From Squalus acanthias (lineage: Eukaryota), in contig CM059432.1 in NCBI GenBank assembly GCA_030390025.1, forward strand, positions 141,238,001 to 141,302,000: a stretch of DNA of 64,000 nt, read 5' to 3'. The position numbers were made by a program, and so were the translations under genes. Numbering within the stretch: the first letter of the stretch is position 1; each line of letters opens with the position of its first letter. A model generated the notes under the pieces. It ran no database searches. It was not told the origin of the DNA and worked only from the letters and a program-made list of their open reading frames with translations. Below, one piece after another: positions 23,192 to 36,514 of this stretch.

Positions 23192-24510
23192 TAAGAACAT
23201 AAGAAATAAGAGCAGGAGTAGGCCATTCGGCCCCTCGAGCCTGCTCCGCCATTTAATGAGATCATGGCTGATCTGATCTTGGCCTCAACTCCACTTTCCC
23301 GCCCGCTCCCCATAACCCTTGACTTCCCTGTTGCTTAAATATATGTCTATCTCCACCTTGAATATATTCAATGACTCAGCTTCCACAGCTCTCCGGGGTA
23401 GAGAATTCCAAAGATTCACGACCCTCTGAGAGAAGAAATTCCTCCTCATCTCCGTCTTAAATGGGCGACCCTTTATTCTGAAACTATGCCCCCTAGTTCT
23501 AGATTCCCCCACGAGGGGAAACATCCTCCCTGCATCTACCCTGTCAAGCCCCCTCAGAATCTTATATGTTTCAATAAGATCACCTCTCATTCTTCTAAAC
23601 TCCAGTGAGTATAGGCCCAACCTGCTCAACCTTTCTTCAGAAGACAACCCCTTAATCTCAGGAATTAACCTAGTGAACCTTCTCTGAACTGCCTCCAATG
23701 TAAGTATATCCCTCCTTAAATAAGGAGACCAAAACTGCACGCAGTACTCCAGGTGTGGTCTCACCAACGCCCTGTACAGTTGTAGCAAGACTTCCCTACT
23801 TTTATACTCCATTCCCTTTGCAATAAAGGCCAACATTCCATTTGCCTTCCTAATTACTTGCTGTACCTGCATGCTAACTTTTTGTGTTTCATGTACGAGG
23901 ACCCCCAGATCCCTCTGTACCACAGCATTTTGTAGTCTCTCTCCATTTAAATAATAATTTGCTTTTTTATTTTTCCTACCAAAGTGGATAACCTCACATT
24001 TTCCCACATTATACTCCATCTGCCAAATTTTTGCCCACTCACTTAACTTGACTATATCCCTTTGCAAACTCTTTGTGTCCTCCTCACAACTTGCTTTCCC
24101 ACCTATCTTTGTATCATCAGCAAATTTGGCTACAGTACACACGGTCTCTTCATCCAAGTCATTTATATAGATTGTAAATAGTTGAGGCCTCAGCACTGAT
24201 CCCTGTGGCACCCCGCTAGTTACAGATTGCCATCCTGAAAATTACCCATTTATCTCGACTCTCTGTTTTCTGTTAGTTAGCCAATCCCCTATCCATGCCA
24301 ATATATTACCCCCAACCCCGTGCGCTCTTATCTTGTGCAGTAATCTTTTATGTGGCACCTTGTCGAATGCCTTCTGGAAATCCAAATACACGACATCTAC
24401 TGGTTCCTCTTTATCTACCCTGCTCGTTACATCCTCAAAGAACTCTAATAAATTTGTCAAACACGATTTCCCTTCCATAAAACCATGTTGACTCTGCTTG
24501 ATTGTATTAT
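23192..24510 (-). mobile_element. CR1 LINE, truncated RT with one in-frame stop near 24243
   Basis: ORFs 24242-24478 and 23285-24211 are in one frame: DFQKAFDKV, PQGSVL, FADD. Confidence 0.93.
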
Positions 24511-25085
24511 GGGATTCTCTTCCCTCATTTTAATCAGTCAGCTCTGATCTTTTCACCCTTTCACTGCTGCAATGTATCGCACAGAAGAACATCACCACCT
24601 GTTAATTAGTATCGATGCATTGTTTTGCTTTCAGGCAGATGTGAAGTTCCAACGCAACCAAATTAAAACCTTGCTGGGCCTTTGATACAGCTCAAGAGCT
24701 GTATAATTACGAAAAATTGCAAGATCAGCGAAACATAATTGCTTTTGCTGAAATCTAAGATTTTTAAAGCTCTTTGATTTCTTGCTTTAATGTAATTTTT
24801 TTTTTGCTTTAGTTTACTATCGGACTTTTGCAGTTCGGTAGTTTGTGCAGCAAGCTATAGACTCCCAGAGCCTTTGTCATAGTGCTCGGTTTTCAGATTT
24901 TTTATGAAAGATAAGGGCAGGATTTTCCTCCGAAGTGCCATTGCAAATGGGTCACGGACTCATTATACTGGATCCTGCCCATTTTTATCTCAGTTAAATT
25001 TAACAATGGAAGTGATGGTAGCACTTGCAATGTATATATAATGAAATGACTTGGCAATGGTGAACTGGTATCATACATCACTACG

Positions 25086-25760
25086 TGTCAGCCATGGCTG
25101 AGTGGGTAGCACTCTCTGAGTGCTGCACTGTCAGAGGTGCCATCTTTCAGATGAGATGTTAAACCGAGGCCCCCATCTGCCCTCTCAGGCGAATGTGCTG
25201 TTTCCACTGGCAGGAGGGTCGGTAACCAGAGGTCACGGATTTAAAATAATTGACTAAAGAACCAGGGAGGAGATGAGGAGAATTTATTTTGCTCCGCGAG
25301 TTGTGATCTGCAACCAGATTCAATAGGAACTTTCAAAAGGGAATTGGATAAATATTTGAAAAGGAAATATCTGAAGGGCTATGGGGAAGAGCAGGGGAGT
25401 GGGACTAATTGGAGAGCTCTTTCAAAGAGCCAGCACAGGCATGATGGGCCGAATGGCCTCCTTCTGTGCTGTATGATTCTATGATGTAAAAGATCCCATG
25501 ACACTATTTTGAAGAAGAGCAGTGGAGTTCTCCCCAGTGTCCTGGCCAATATTTATCCCTCAATCAACATCACTAAAAAAACACTATCCTGTCATTATCA
25601 CATTGCTGTTTGTGGGAGCTTGCTGTGCACAAATTGGCTGCTGCATTTCCTACATTACAACAGTGACTACTCTTCCAAAAGTACTTCATTGGCGGCAAAG
25701 TGCTTTGGGACGTCCTGAGGTCATGAAAGGCGCTGTAGAAATGCAAGTTCTTTCTTTCTT
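25086..25760 (+). mobile_element. Deu-domain SINE interrupted by a CR1 3' fragment (about 25192-25484)
   Basis: SINE body resumes at gatgtaaaagatcccatg. Confidence 0.75.
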
Positions 25761-26384
25761 CAATCGCATTTTCCCTCACTGCCGCCACAGTCAATGCTGC
25801 GCGTTGAGGACATTCGTATTCAACGGGCACACAGAGTCGTTAGAACCAGTGGAGGCCATTTACAAATGACCACAGGGTTTGTAACTGATCATGGGGCAAT
25901 GACTCAGAGACGAGATGTGCTGCCACTGAGCCACGGTTGACACCGCTGAACATCACAGTGGACCGAGGAGACACTCTCTGAAAGTCCCAGCTGAGCACGA
26001 AGACGGAATGGCTTCTGTCAGAATATATATTTCATTTACTAACTTTTTTGTGGTAGCTGTTTAAGGTCACAATGCACAGCACTGTTAACGGGTTTGTAAT
26101 GTTTCATCATCTCACATCCCACTACATTTTTAAAATTATTATTCCCAAACACATAGTTAATCATATAGGCTGCATTTAGGACACCACTATTCCCAGCCAG
26201 AATGGAGATGATTGGGTAATTCCCCCATCAGTCACGCCTGGAGACCGCACTGCTGTAAGTGACTGGGATTGATTTTACACACATCATTTGTTTAATGTAA
26301 CTATCCTCCACTCACTGCATTTAACTAGAGAAATAAGGCACACAGTGACACCATAAGCCCTGGCTAGATTGAGTAAATAGACTA

Positions 26385-26982
26385 TGGCCCAGAGATTCGA
26401 TAAGGCCTGAAAACGGGTGGTGCCACAGCGGTGCGAGATTTGTTCGCGCCCGTAAAAAGATCACAGGCAGCAGCATTATTTTGGTGTTGCCTGCTGCTTA
26501 GCATTATTGTGGTGTTCGTGCCAGGATCGGGGGGGCCTGGAGGTCGGGGGTCAGCACCGGGGGGGAGGTCGGGGGTCAGCACCGGGGGGGCCTGGAGGTC
26601 GGGGGTCAGCATCAAGGGGAGATCGGAGAGGGCCTGGAGGCCGGAGTTGGGAGTGAGGTGGGAGATGATAATAGTAAGTAATAACCTTTGTTTCCATTCG
26701 ACGCTGTTTAGCGTTTCCTTTCCCTGGAGTAAACATTGCTGGCACCGGCTGCCTCAGACGCAAGCCAGATTTGTAAGAGGCAGCAGAAGCAGGCGTTAGG
26801 CCCCTTATTTGAATATGTTAATGGCCGAACGCCTGATTCAGATGAAGGTAAACGACGCCCCTCACCAATATGGTGTCCGGCGCGCCCCGCAGAGCACCGC
26901 AATTGGGCGGAAGCGAGGCGGACGCCTTTTCTCCACGAAACCGGCCTTAACATCCGGCGCTAAGGGGCCGAATTTCAGGTCC
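26385..26982. mobile_element. GC-rich non-autonomous DNA element, probably Harbinger-type
   Basis: Ends ggcccagagattcg / cgaatttcaggtcc; short internal gggggtcagc repeats; related inverted remnant near 17870-18020. Confidence 0.5.
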
Positions 26983-27456
26983 TCTGTTTGCTGAGCAAAA
27001 ATCGACTCTGTTGGCTGTAGGTTATGAATAAATTAAAGCCCAAGTCCCGCCCACCTCCAACTCATTGGCTGACACAGTGGCGTGTCAATATTCACTCCGA
27101 TATGTATATATATATATTCGTTATTACAGCATACACTAACTTGTAGCTAAAACCAGTTATGAAGATTAATACTGGGAGAATGATGGGAGAAGTTAGAAGA
27201 ATTTTTTCCATAGAAAGGATCATTAAAACATTAGCACAAGTGAGACAGGCACTATAATATAATTTACAAGGGAATAGGATAAATATTTGAAAGGGAAGGC
27301 TATGAAAGGATATGGGGGCGGGGGGGAGCAGATAAATATTATGGCAATAGATAGCTCAAGTTGTAGAGTTAGTACTGGTACAGGGCCAATAAGCCAATTG
27401 GCCTCCTTCTGTGCTGTAATGTCTATGATTCCATGTTAAACACCATTTGTCTGTAC

Positions 27457-27580
27457 CTGTCTTTGTATTTCCACCCTTGTACCTAATGCGCTGGACAGCG
27501 TTGAGGAGATTCTCTTTGTCTCTGTATGAGTTGAGTTGAAATTCTGTTCTGGGATCATCGCTGAACTGAACTATTGCAAC
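27457..27580 (-). CDS. COL14A1: COL14A1 exon, VWA2: [41 protein letters not shown]
   Basis: 124 nt, aacag|GTT...G|gtacag, phase 0-1. Confidence 0.95.
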
Positions 27581-29632
27581 CTGTTCCATTTCAAATAAAC
27601 ATCATGTCAGTAAACCAATTCTATCTCACAAATTATTACATTCCACTTTATTCTGAATAGTTGGCAAGAAATCTTTCTCTTAATTGTGTCAATCTTTGTT
27701 TGGCTATTTTAGGGGGCGGGTAGTAAATTCTCAAAAAATTCTCTTAAAAATTTGTAAACAAAAACCCTCGCCAAGTCAATTCCTTGCCTGGATGAGTGCA
27801 GCTCCAACAACACCCAAGAAGCTCGACACCGTGCAGGACAAAGCCGCCTGCTTGATTGGCACCCCATCCACCACCTTAAACATTCACTCCCTCCACCACC
27901 GGCGTACCGTAGCTGCAGTGTGTACCCTCTACAAGATGCACTGCAGCAACTCGCCAAGGCTTCTTCGGCAGCACCTCCCAAACCTGCGACCTCTTCCACC
28001 TAGAAGGACAAGGGCAGCAGGCGCATGGGAACACCATCATCTCCAAGTTCCCCTCCAAGTCACACACCATCCAGACTTGGAAATATATCACCGATCCTTC
28101 ATCGTCGCTGGGTCAAAATCCTGGAACTCCCTCCCTAACAGCACTGTGTGGAGTACCTTCACCACACGGACTGCAGTGGTTCAAGAGGCGGCTCACCACC
28201 ACCTTCTCAAGGGCAATTAGAGATGGACAATAAATGCTGGCCTTGCCAGCGACGCCCACATCCCAGGAACAAAATATAAAGAATTCACACTGAACAAGAG
28301 GGAAAGATAATCAAATGGATTTTGCTTTAAAAGAGCTCACTAGCCCTAGGGGGATGGCAGAACATGGGTTTATCCCTGTGCAGGTGTCTCTCAATGTCAG
28401 TGGGTCACCTGGGAGAGGTGCAGAGTAGAAGCCACAAGGTCGGAAGGAAGGATCCCAGAGGGTCAGTCTATCTGGGCTGCTCCCACACATGTACTGGCTG
28501 CCTGACTGCCCCCTCAGCCATGAAATGGGAATGTGGCACGTCGGGAATCTAAAGGGTGGGGCGCAAATAAATTAAAATAAATCTCTTGCAATTTTTGTTA
28601 TGATATCGAAATTGAATTTGGGAAAATTAAAAGCTACACGGTAATTTCGCAAAACTGCAGACTTTCACCAACCTGGTCACACATTGAACACACTTAAGAT
28701 GGGTACAAAAGCACAGGCCCAATATCCTGATATCTTCTCCCGGTGAAAGGGGACCAGTGCGGGAGGGAGGGGGGGGGGCAGGGGTGTAGTACGTGGGGAA
28801 GGGGAGATGGTGGTGAGGCTTTGTGTCAGGAACGCGATTTTCAGAAAATGCCTCCGTGTATGTACTGATAGAAGGCAGTGCTGGTTCAGCTGGTGAATAT
28901 TTTAAAAGTGCATCAGGGAGAGTCAATGCTGAATTTAAATGTGAAAAACCCCTATAAGATATTTATCATAGTTTAAGAGATGGAAATTGCTGTCTCTGCT
29001 ATTTGGCTTTCGGACAATCACTTTCCTGCAGATAACTGGTTATTACATAGAATTTACAGCACTGGTCCATGTCGGTGTTTATGCTCCTCATGAGTCTACT
29101 TCATCTCACCCTATTAGCATATCCTTCTATTCCTTTCACCCTCGTGTACTTATCTAGCGTCTCCTTAAATGAATAACTGATTCTTCTTCTCCTGGGCTCA
29201 CATTCTATCAACGGAGGAGTGTCTGGGATGTGTGCGGTCGATCAGCAAAGGTTTATGTCTGATTTAGAAGAGCCACACTTGTGAGACTGGTGTGTTAGGT
29301 GTCAGTGGGTTTTTAAAATAAACTTTAACTAAAGTTATGCTAGACAACAACAACAACAACTTAGCGCCTTTAACGTAGTAAAACGTCCCAAGGCGCTTCA
29401 CAGGAGCGATTATCAAACAAAATTTGTCACCGAGCCACATAAGGAGATATTAGGGCAGGTGAGCAGAAGCTTGGTCAAAGAGATAGGTTTGAAGGAGCAT
29501 CTTAAAGGAGGAAAGGGAGGTAGAGAGGCGGAGAGATTTAGGAAGGGAATTCTAGAGCTTCGGGCCTTGGCAGCTGAAGGCACGGCCACCAAAAGATCTT
29601 TATACACCACTGGGGTTGGCCTCAGCTGGAGT

Positions 29633-30203
29633 ACTGGAGAGGTACCACCAACGCTGCCTCCGCAAGATCCTGCAAATCCATTGGCAGGATAGGTGCACCA
29701 ACGTCAGTGTTCTTGCTCAGGCCAACATCCCCAGCATCGAAGCTTTGACCACGCTCGATCAGCTCCGATGGACAGGCCACATCGTCCGCATGCCCGATAT
29801 GAGACTCCCAAAACAAGCGCTCTACCCGGAGCTCCGGCACGGCAAGGGAGCCCCAGGTGGGCAGAGGAAACGCTTCAAGGACACCCTCAAAGCCTCCTTG
29901 AAAAAGTGTAACATCCCCACTGACACCTGGGAATCCCTGGCCCAAGACCGCACAAAGTGGAGGAGAAGCATCCGGGAAGGCGCCGAACACCTTGAATCTT
30001 TTCGCCGGGAGCAAGCGGAAGCCAAGCGCAAACAGCGGAAGGAGCGCACGTCAACCCAAGTACCCCACCCACCCGCCCCTTCAACCACCGTCTGCCCCAC
30101 CTGTGACAGAGACTGTAGGTCCCGCATTGGACCCATCAGTCACCTGAGAACTCATTTTTAATGTGGAAGCAAGATATCCTCGGTTCCGAGGGACTGCCGA
30201 AGA
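29633..30203 (+). mobile_element. RTE-clade LINE 3' fragment nested in a CR1 fragment (CR1 about 29595-29632 and 30204-30732)
   Basis: HQRCLRKIL...LRWTGHIVRM...RLPKQ...GGQRKRFKD and C-terminal CPTC...HLRTH; the CR1 peptide PQLEY|CVHFW is split by it. Confidence 0.88.
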
Positions 30204-30882
30204 TTGTGTCCATTTCTGGGCATCACACTTTAAGGAAGGATGTCAAGGCCTTGGAGAGGGTGTGGAGGAGATTGACCAGAATGATACCAGGGATGCGGGG
30301 CTTCAGTTATGTGGAGAGACTGGATTTGTTCACCTTAGAGCAGGGAAGATTAAGGGGATATTTAATAGAGGGGTTCAAAATTATGAACGGTTTTAATAGA
30401 GTAAATGAGGAGAACTTGTTTCCACTGGCAGGTAACCAGAGGACACAGATTTAAGATAATTGTCAAAAGAACCAGAGGGGAGATGGGGAGAATTTTTTTA
30501 TGCAGCAAGTTGTTCTGATCTGGAATTCGCTGCCTGAAAGGGCAGTGGAAGCAGATTCAATAACAACTTTCAAAAGGGAATTGTATAAATACTTGAAAAG
30601 GAGAGATTTACAGGGCTATAGGGAAAGAGCAGGGGGAAGTGGGACTAATTGGATCGCTCTTTCAAAGAGCCAGCACAGGCACGATGGGCCGAATGGCCTC
30701 CCTCTGTGCTGTATGATTCTATGATTCTATGATCTGAAGCCAGGTCCTGCTGTGGTGCACGGCAGATGACACGGAGGTGAAATGCAATCTGGCCATGTTC
30801 CTCCCAGTGGACAGAATCTGAGAGCAGTCGAATGAGGCACTGCTTCCAATTTAATTTCTTTTTCCCCCCAGCCGGTGCTTAC

Positions 30883-31022
30883 TTGAGTTCCCTCAGGGCC
30901 GATCTTGTCCAGAGCTCCGATCGTACTGTACAGAAACCCAATGATCTTGACAAAGTTCTCATCTCCGATACTCCACGATCCATCCACAAGGAACACCAAG
31001 TTTGCTTTGGCAGCTTTGCAAA
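30883..31022 (-). CDS. COL14A1: COL14A1 exon, start of VWA2 with MIDAS DxSxS: (V)[46 protein letters not shown]
   Basis: 140 nt, ctag|TT...CAA|gtaagc, phase 1-0. Confidence 0.95.
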
Positions 31023-31104
31023 CTAGAGGAAGAAGAACGATGAAAGGTTGTCAGAAATAAATGAAAACAGGTACTCGCGAGTACAGTACTTGAATTATAG
31101 TGGG

Positions 31105-31670
31105 AAATAGTAGGAACAGGAGGAGGCCATTCAGCCCCTCGTGGCTGTTCTGCCATTCAATTAGATTATGGCTGATCTGTATCTTAACTCCATCTACCCA
31201 CCTTAGTTCTATATCCCTTAATACTCTTACCTAACAAAAATCTATCAAACTCAGTTTTGACATTTTCAATTGACCCCCAGCCTCAACAGCTTTTTGCGGG
31301 GAGAGAGAGTTCCAGATTTCCACTACCCTTTGTGTGAGGAAGTACTTCCTGACATCACCCCTAATTTTAAGGTTACGCCCCCTTGTTCTGGACTCCCCCA
31401 CCAGAGGAAATAGTTTCTCTCTCTCTACCCTATCAAATCCTTTAATCATCTTAAACACCTCAATTAGATCACCCCTAAATCTTCTATACTGGCAGGAATA
31501 CAAGCCCAGTCTAGGCAACCTGTCCTAATTTAACCCTTTTAGCCTCAGTATCATTCAGGTGAACCTGCGCTGCCCCCCCTCCAAGGCCAATATATCCTTC
31601 CTGAGGTGCGGGGCCCAGAACTGAGCACAGTTACTCCAGATCGGGTCTGACCAGAGCTTTATACAACATT
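31105..31670 (-). mobile_element. CR1 3' fragment
   Basis: GDLIEVFKMIKGFDRV...TQRVVEIWNSL. Confidence 0.8.
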
Positions 31671-31898
31671 CCATTATAAACTACGGCTGTAATTCGAGCA
31701 GTACAAATAACTAACAAAACCAATAGAAATTTAACTTGTTAAAACAGCTTGAAATACACAGTGAGGTGGGAATAGCATAAAATACCCGCCGTAGAGTCTG
31801 TAGTGACTCTTCTCGTGCAGAAAAGAAACGCAAATCAAGTGGAAATAATCTTATTATTTTTCCACCCAAGGATATTAATTTTAACAAGCGTGTCTTAC

Positions 31899-31973
31899 CT
31901 TCCCGGGCAGGAGGGATTGTGGGCAGAGGAGCAGTTGTTGTAGGAGGAGTTGGTGGCTCAGTCGGAACAGGAA
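31899..31973 (-). CDS. COL14A1: COL14A1 Pro/Thr-rich linker exon: (V)PVPTEPPTPPTTTAPLPTIPPARE
   Basis: 75 nt, tttag|TT...G|gtaaga, phase 1-1; PTIPPA(R/K)E precedes the VWA domain in collagens XII/XIV. Confidence 0.92.
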
Positions 31974-32124
31974 CTAAAGTAAAAGAAAAGGCACGCTGCA
32001 GATAAAACCGGTTCCCCCACACAGGCACACTACAACTACAGAACAATCTGGTGTGAGGTGCACCCGGCAGGAATGGTGTAGCAAGAGAGAGTCAGCATCG
32101 CTTTGTGGGAGGGAGGTCTTCCCG

Positions 32125-32695
32125 TAACAACAACTTGCATTTATATAGCGCCTTAAAAGTCCCAAGGCTCTTCACAGGAGCCTAAATCAGACAAACATTG
32201 ACACCAAGCCACAGAAAGAGTTATTAGAACACTTATATATTATATAAGGAGATATTAGGGCAGGTGACCAAAAGCTTGGCCAAAGAGGTAGGTTTTAAGG
32301 AGCGTCTTAAAGGAGCAGAGAGAGGTAGAGAGGCGGAGAGGTTTAGGGAGGGAATTCCGGAGCTTAGGGCCTAGGCAGCTGAAGGCACGGCCACCAATGG
32401 TGGAGCGATGGAAATCGGGGATACGCAAGAGGCCAGAATTGGAGGAGCGCAGAGATCTCGGAGGGTTGTAGGGCTGGAGGAGGTTACAGAGACAGGGACG
32501 GGCCACGGCCATGGAGAGATTTGAACACAAGGATGAGAATTTTACAATCGAGGTGTTGCCAGACTGGGAGCCAGTGTAGGTCTGCGAGCACAGGGGCTGA
32601 TGGGTGAACAGGACTTAGTGTGAGTTGGGATAAGGGGTAGCAGAGTTTTGGATGAGCTCAAGTTTACAGGAGAGTGAAATGACAGGCCTTGCTCA
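32125..32695 (-). mobile_element. L2 3' fragment
   Basis: LCNLLQPYNPPRSLRSSNSGLL. Confidence 0.78.
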
Positions 32696-33326
32696 GGATG
32701 AACATTCTATGGATGTGATGTATTTAGATTTCAGCACAGCTTTTGATACCATGTCAAAAGGGTAATGAGTCTGCGAGGGACGATACGGTGAAATAAAGAG
32801 ACAAGCCCCTGAGGTGGGGGTTGAAGCAGGTAAAGTTGAGGTGGATGAAACCCAGAGGAAACAAAGGCCGATTGTGAATGAAGCTGTGTTGACATGGCAA
32901 TGTCTCTCCAGTGGAATAGCACAAGAATCAGTGCTGAGGCCATTATAGTTTGCCTGTCTAAGTTTACAGATATCTCCAAAGGGGGGAGGGAGGGAGGCGG
33001 TTAGAGTCCAAACAATAGGGAACCGGAAAACCAAACACAAAGGGATCGGGATAGGTTGGAAAGGTGGGCTAATACATGGCAGATGCCACTTACTATGGAC
33101 AGATACAAGGACAGGAGACCGTGGAAGTGAGAATATCAAATAAATTGCTCTAGGCTACGAGGCATGACACAGGAGTATTGGCAGAGAGCTCGCTGAAAAC
33201 AAGAGCCCTGTGTGTGGCAGCAGCAGCAGAAGTTAAAAGGATCTTGGGATGTACAGCCAGAGGGATGGAGCACTAATCCCAGGAAGTGACAAGAAGTCTG
33301 TACAAGGCGCTAGTAAATAGAAAAAA

Positions 33327-33775
33327 AAGAACTTGTATATCTACAGCGCCGTTCACAACCTCAGGACATCTCAAAGCGCATTACAGCCAATGAAGTACGT
33401 TTGAAGCGCAGTCACTGTCGTAATGTAGGAAACGCGGCAGCCGATTTACGCACAGCAAGCTCCCACAGAGAGCAATGACCAGATAATCTGTTTTAGTGAT
33501 TGTTGGTTGAGGGATTATTTTTTTGGACAGGGCTCAATAACGATTGGGAGAACTCCCCTGCTCTTCTTGAAAATAGTGCCATGGGATATTTTACACTCGC
33601 CTGAGAGAGCAGATGGTTTAGCATTTCATCCGAAAGATGGCACCTCTGCACTGCCCCCTCAGCACTGCACTGGGAGTGCCAGCCTAGCTTTATGTGCTCA
33701 GGTCCCTGGAGTGGGGCTTGAACCCACAACCTTCTGACTCAGAGGCGAGAGTGCGACCCACTGAACTACGGCCGA
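33327..33775 (-). mobile_element. Deu-domain SINE
   Basis: Recurring SINE unit. Confidence 0.78.
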
Positions 33776-34534
33776 CAGAGTACAGGCGTGCCTGTGCAAA
33801 AATTCTGCTTGCTATAACTACAAGGATATTCAGGCAGTGCAGAAAAGGAAAACCAAACTGATGGCTGTTTAAGGCATCTGAAGTCACCAGGAGAGGTTGA
33901 AGAAGCTGAGATTGTTTACTCTGGAGCAGAGACAGCCCAGAGGAGATGCTATTCAACATTCATATGAGAATAGATAAATTGATGTCTGTTAAAATGTTTG
34001 AAATCATCATAATCTCTAAAACAGGTTCTCTGGTCTTCATCACATTGCTGTTTGTGGAAGCTGGCTGTGCGCAAATTTCCTACCTGGCGGCCGTGTTTCC
34101 TACATTACAACAGTGACCACACTTCAAAAGTACTTCATTGGCTGTAAAGCGGTTTGGGACGTTCTGAGGTTGTGAAAGGCGCTATATAAATGCAAGTCTT
34201 TCATTTCACAGACCAAGCCATCTCTCATCGCTTCTCAATAATATCTCACTGAATCATATCGTCTTGGTAGAACCAACCTCTGATCCAATCTATCATCGGG
34301 TCAGAAGTATTTAGCAGTATTATTGGACAGCAGAGAAACCTAATGGCCAACAGCATTTTTTTTTTTGGTCACATCAAACAAGTCAACCTCATTTCCTTTC
34401 AGATAAAAAAAAAATTGTCATCATGAAGAATTGTTGGGAGTAGAGAGAGAAAGTTACCAGATTCTGATCGCAGTTGGTAGGAATGGAAGGTATGAAGACT
34501 GGCAAATACCATACAAAACCTTCTGTCATAACAA

Positions 34535-36170
34535 GACAACAGCTTGCATTTATACAGCGTCTTTAACGAAGTAAAACTTCCCTTGGCGCTTCACAGGAGC
34601 GCTTAGCAAACAAAATTTGACACCGAGCCTCATAAGGAGATATTAGGGCAGGTAACCAAAAGCTTCATCAAAGAGGTAGGTTTTAAGGAGCATTGTAAAG
34701 AATGAGAGAGAGGTGGAGAGGTTTAGGGAGGGAATTCCAAAACTTAGGGCCCAGGTAGCTGAAGGCACGGCTGCCAATGGTGGAGCGATAAAAATCTGGG
34801 ATGCGCAAGAGGCCAGAATTGGGCGAGTGCAGAGATCTCACAGGGTTGTAGGGCTGGAGTAGGTTACAGAGATAGGGAGGGGCGAGGCCTTGGTGAGATT
34901 TGAAAACAAGGATGAGAATTTTAAAATCGAGGCGATGCTGGACCGGGAGCCAATGTAGGTCAGCAAGCACAGGGGGTGATGGGTGAACGGGACTTGGTGC
35001 GAGTTAGGATACAGGCATAAAAACAGGAAATACTCAGCAGATCAGGCAGCATCTGTGGCGGGAGATACAGAGTTAACGTTTCAGATCAATAACCTTTCAT
35101 TAGAAATGCGGCAGTTCGATGAAAGGTCATCGACCTGCAACGTTGGGGGGGAATTTTCCCAGCCCTGGGGAGGTGGGTATGGAGGCAGGACTGCCGGGAA
35201 AATGGCAGAAACTGGGAGCGGGTACCGACCCCGCTCCCAACCCGCCTCCGTGCTATCTTCCCGGGAGGCGGGTCCCAACTCGCGCAGGGACCCGTCTCCT
35301 CCAGGCGGGAAGGGGATTACAGCCAATTAACTGCCTGTTAACAGGTAGTTAACAGGCAGTTAAGAGGCTTATCCCCATTTTACCCCTGCAAGTGCGGGCA
35401 TCCCGATGGCTGTGAACCTCGCCAGGGTCAGCGAGGTGAGCAGTGGGTCTGCGGGGGTGAGAGGGGTCGAAAGGTCCGTTGTAGAGGTGAGTGATGGGTG
35501 CAAGTGTGGACAGGTAAGTATGAGAGGTGATGTGTAAAGTGTTGGAAAAAGTTTCCTTACCGTTGCTTCTTTCTGCAGGCTTCAACCCTTGGGGATCCGG
35601 CGGTGCCTCATCTCAACAACAGAGATGACAGAATGGCTGCTGCATTCTCAGATGCAGCAACCATCTGATTTCTGCTGAGGAGAGAGGTCTTGGTGAGCCT
35701 TCTGTACAAGGGCTCACCTTAGAACAGAGATTGTCAGTGATTGACAGCTTCTCAAAGCTGTCAAACGCTGACAATTCATCTGTCAAAAATTTTCGACAGA
35801 TGAAACGTCATACACTGACGTCCTCTGTCACCGGCTTTCCCTTAATTGGCCGGCTAAGCCCGCAGGGCGGGTGTAACAAGGTCAATCAAGGGAAAATAGC
35901 GTGGGTTGGCCGGACGTCGATGGGGGTGGGACTGAAACCCGACAACCAGCAGTCCCCTCCCCCAACGCGCCCCCATTGAGAAAATCCAGCCCATTAACTC
36001 TGTTTCTCTCTCCACAGATGCTGCCTGACCTGTTGTGTATTCCAGCATTTTCTGGTTTATTTTTTCAGGTTTCCAGCAGCCGTAGTATTTTGCTTTTGTT
36101 TTAGAATACGGGCAGCAGAGTTTTGGATGAGCTCAAGCTTACGAAGAGTGGAAAGTCGGAGAGAGCGACC
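34535..36170 (-). mobile_element. L2 fragment hosting a mini PLE fold-back (35018-36100), which itself hosts a Harbinger-type element (35145-35992)
   Basis: LADLHWLPVQHRLDFKIL peptide; imperfect 14-bp TSD ttaggatacaggca / ttagaatacgggca; PLE sequence aacgtt|aactctg split by the inner element. Confidence 0.78.
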
Positions 36171-36514
36171 AGAAGATTATGAAATAAGCCACTTTTACCA
36201 CGGTCGTCACATCGACATTTATGGAAATATAGGCTTAGTGGCTTGTTTCCGATTGAATACTGCCTCTGCCAGGCACAGTCTTGCCCTGACAGTAATCTGA
36301 CACAGAGTGCAGTTTACACACAGAGGATATTAATTCACGGTAGATGTGTTTCATATGATGTCATGCAAAGCAACTCCCATGTTTAATAAGTCTAGCTGAA
36401 AAGACCATTGTTGTCTCTCGAAGCATGGATAATAAAGTGTGAGGCAAGTTTCAATTAAAACTAAACTGAACGCAGGGAGAAGAGTGAACAAGGTGAAGAC
36501 AAGCGGTTACAGAC

